In this document: positions 61,856-64,000 of the stretch, in pieces | Layout: every line of letters begins with the position of its first letter | Numbering within the stretch: the first letter of the stretch is position 1 | Assembly: GCF_036365525.1 (NCBI RefSeq) | Contig: NC_090373.1 | Coordinates: 53,039,339-53,103,338 of the forward strand | Origin: Heterodontus francisci | Lineage: Eukaryota | DNA: 64,000 nt | Direction: 5' to 3' | Notes under the pieces: generated by a model | The model's database searches: none | Seen by the model: only the letters and a program-made list of their open reading frames with translations | What the model was told of the DNA's origin: nothing | Position numbers and translations under genes: made by a program

Positions 61856-63515
61856 ATTCACAGAATCACAGAATCATTACAGCTCAAAAGGAGGCCATTC
61901 AGCCCGTGTCCGCACCGGCTCTCTGAAAGAGTAATTCCCTCAGTTCCATTCCCCTGCCTTCTCCCCAAAACCCTGCACATTCTTCCTTTTCATATAACTG
62001 TCTAATTCCCTTTTGAATGCTTCAGTTGAACCTGCCTCCACCATGTTCTCAGGCAGCGCATTCCAGACCTTAACCACTCGCTGCGTGAAAAAGTTTTTCC
62101 TCATGTCACTTTTGCTTCTCTTACCAAATCTACTACTAAATCTATGCTCTCTCGTTCTCGATCCTTTCACGAGTGGGAACAGTTTCTCTCTATCTACTCT
62201 GTCCAGACCATTCATGATTTTGAATACCTCTATCAAATCACCTCTCAGCCTTCTCCAAGGAAAACAGTCCTAACTTCTCCAATCTATCTTCATAACTGAA
62301 ATTCCTCATCCCTGGAACCATGCTCATGAATCTTTTCTGTACTCTCTCCAATGTCCTTACGTCGTTCCTCAACTGCAGTGCCCAGTACTGGATGCAATAC
62401 TCCAGCTGAGGCTGACCTAGTGTCTTATACAAGTTCAACATAACTTCCTGCTCTTGTACTCTATGCCCCTACTAATAAAGCCCAGGATACTGTATGCTTT
62501 ATTAACCACTCTCTCAACCTGTGCTGCCACCTTCAATGACTTATGCACATATACACCCAGGTCCCTCTGCTCCTGCACCCCCTTTAGAATTGTACCCTTT
62601 ATTCCAAATTGTATCTCCATGTTCTTCCTACCAAAATGAATCACTTCACATTTCTCTGCATTGAACTTCATCTGCCACCTGTCTGCCTATTCCACCAAAT
62701 TGTCTACCTCCTTTTGAAGTTCTACATTATCCTCCTCACAGTTCGCAATGCCTCCAAATTTCGTATGAGCTGGAAAATTTGAAATTGTGTCCTGTACACC
62801 AAGGTCTAGGCCATTAATACATATCAGGAAAAGTAAAGGTCCCAACACTGATCCCTGGAGAACTCCACTACAAACCTTCCTCCAGCCCAAAAAACATCCA
62901 TTAACCACTACTCTTTGTTTCCTGTCACTCAGCCAATTTCATATCCATGTTGCTACTGTCTCTTTTATTCCATGAGCTGCAAGTTTGCTCACAAGTCTGT
63001 TGTGTGGGACTGTATGCCTTTTGAAAGTCCATGTACACCATATCAACAGCATTGCCCTCATCAACCCTCTCTGTTACCTCCCCAAAAAACTCCAGCAAGT
63101 AATTTAAACATGATTTTCCTTTAAGAAATCCATGCTGGCTTTCCTTAATTAACTCACATTTGTCCATGTGACTATCGATTTTGTCCCGCATTATTTTTTC
63201 TTTTAAGTTTTCCCACCACTGAAGTTAAACTGACTGGTCTGTAGTTGCTGGGCTTATCTATGCACCCTTTTTTGAACAAGGGTATAACGTTTGCAATTCC
63301 CCAGTCCTCTGGCACCACCCCCGAGTGTAAGGAAGACTGAAAATTTATGGACAGTGCCTCTGCAAATTCCACCCTCATTTCCCTCAGTATCCTCGGATGC
63401 ATCTCATCTGGTCCTGGTGTTTTATCCACCTTAAGTACAGAAATCAATCTAATACTTCCTCTTTATCAATTTTAAACCCCTCTAGTGTCCTCTTTCAACA
63501 TTGCCTGGGTTGCAT
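61855..63515 (-). mobile_element. CR1 ORF2 remnant with (ATTCTGTG) tail
   Basis: TPGPDEMHPRIL, YMDFQKA, QGSVLGPLLF, RKNFFTQRVV motifs. Confidence 0.92.
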
Positions 63516-64000
63516 CTTAGAGTTATACAGCACAGAAACAGGCCCTTTGGCCCATCGTGTCTGTGCCGGCCATCAAGCCCCTAACTATTCTAATCCCATT
63601 TTCCAGCACTTGGCCTGTAGCCTAGCATACTATGGCATTTCAAGTGCTCATCTAAATACTTCTTAAATGTTGTGAGGGTTCCTGCCTCTACCACCTCTTC
63701 AGGCAGTGCGTTCCAGATTCCAACCACCCTCTGGGTGAAATTTTTTTCCTCAAATCCCCTCTAAATCTCCTGCCCCTTACCTTAAATCTATGCCCCCTGG
63801 TTATTGACCCCTCCGCTAAGGGAAAAAGTTTCTTCCTATCTAACCTATCAATGCCCCTCATAATTTTGTATACCTCAATCATATCCCCCCTCAGCCTTCT
63901 CTGCTCTAAGGAAAACAGCCCTAGTCTTTTCAGTCTCTCTTCATAGCTGAAATGCTCCAGCCCGTGCAACATCCTGGTGAATCTCCTCTGCACCCTCTCC
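63516..64000 (-). mobile_element. CR1 3' end, runs off the window
   Basis: QRRFTRML..LGLFSLEQRRLRGDMIEVYK. Confidence 0.9.

Overview
Eukaryotic vertebrate DNA, almost certainly a shark/chondrichthyan: it is CR1-rich and carries HE1-type V-SINEs and SacSINE1-like DeuSINEs. The window holds one complete host gene, collectin-11 (COLEC11), on the + strand. Six coding exons (3662-3791, 13656-13727, 38544-38615, 42355-42408, 42507-42602, 51763-52154) splice at GT-AG, all phase 1, into 816 nt / 271 aa: signal peptide, 24 Gly-X-Y triplets, neck, and an EPN/WND C-type lectin domain. The rest is mostly transposon debris. It includes a Gypsy element with both LTRs, a 5-bp TSD and a tRNA-Leu PBS that hosts six nested insertions; a roughly 5.8 kb Harbinger foldback with two inverted Myb/SANT genes around a transposase tail; and Vingi, RTE, L2 and many CR1 LINE pieces. 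It also includes a solo LTR, Penelope-type termini with degenerate hammerhead cores, and a roughly 2.3 kb 27/28-bp palindromic minisatellite abutting an LTR with a tRNA-Arg PBS. I see no convincing wholly new biological system. The best leads are the Harbinger foldback, the hammerhead remnants, the minisatellite/LTR junction, an ATGA-overlap uORF and a second candidate MASP-binding motif. Repeat boundaries and family names come from reading by eye and recalled consensus features, not from database searches.
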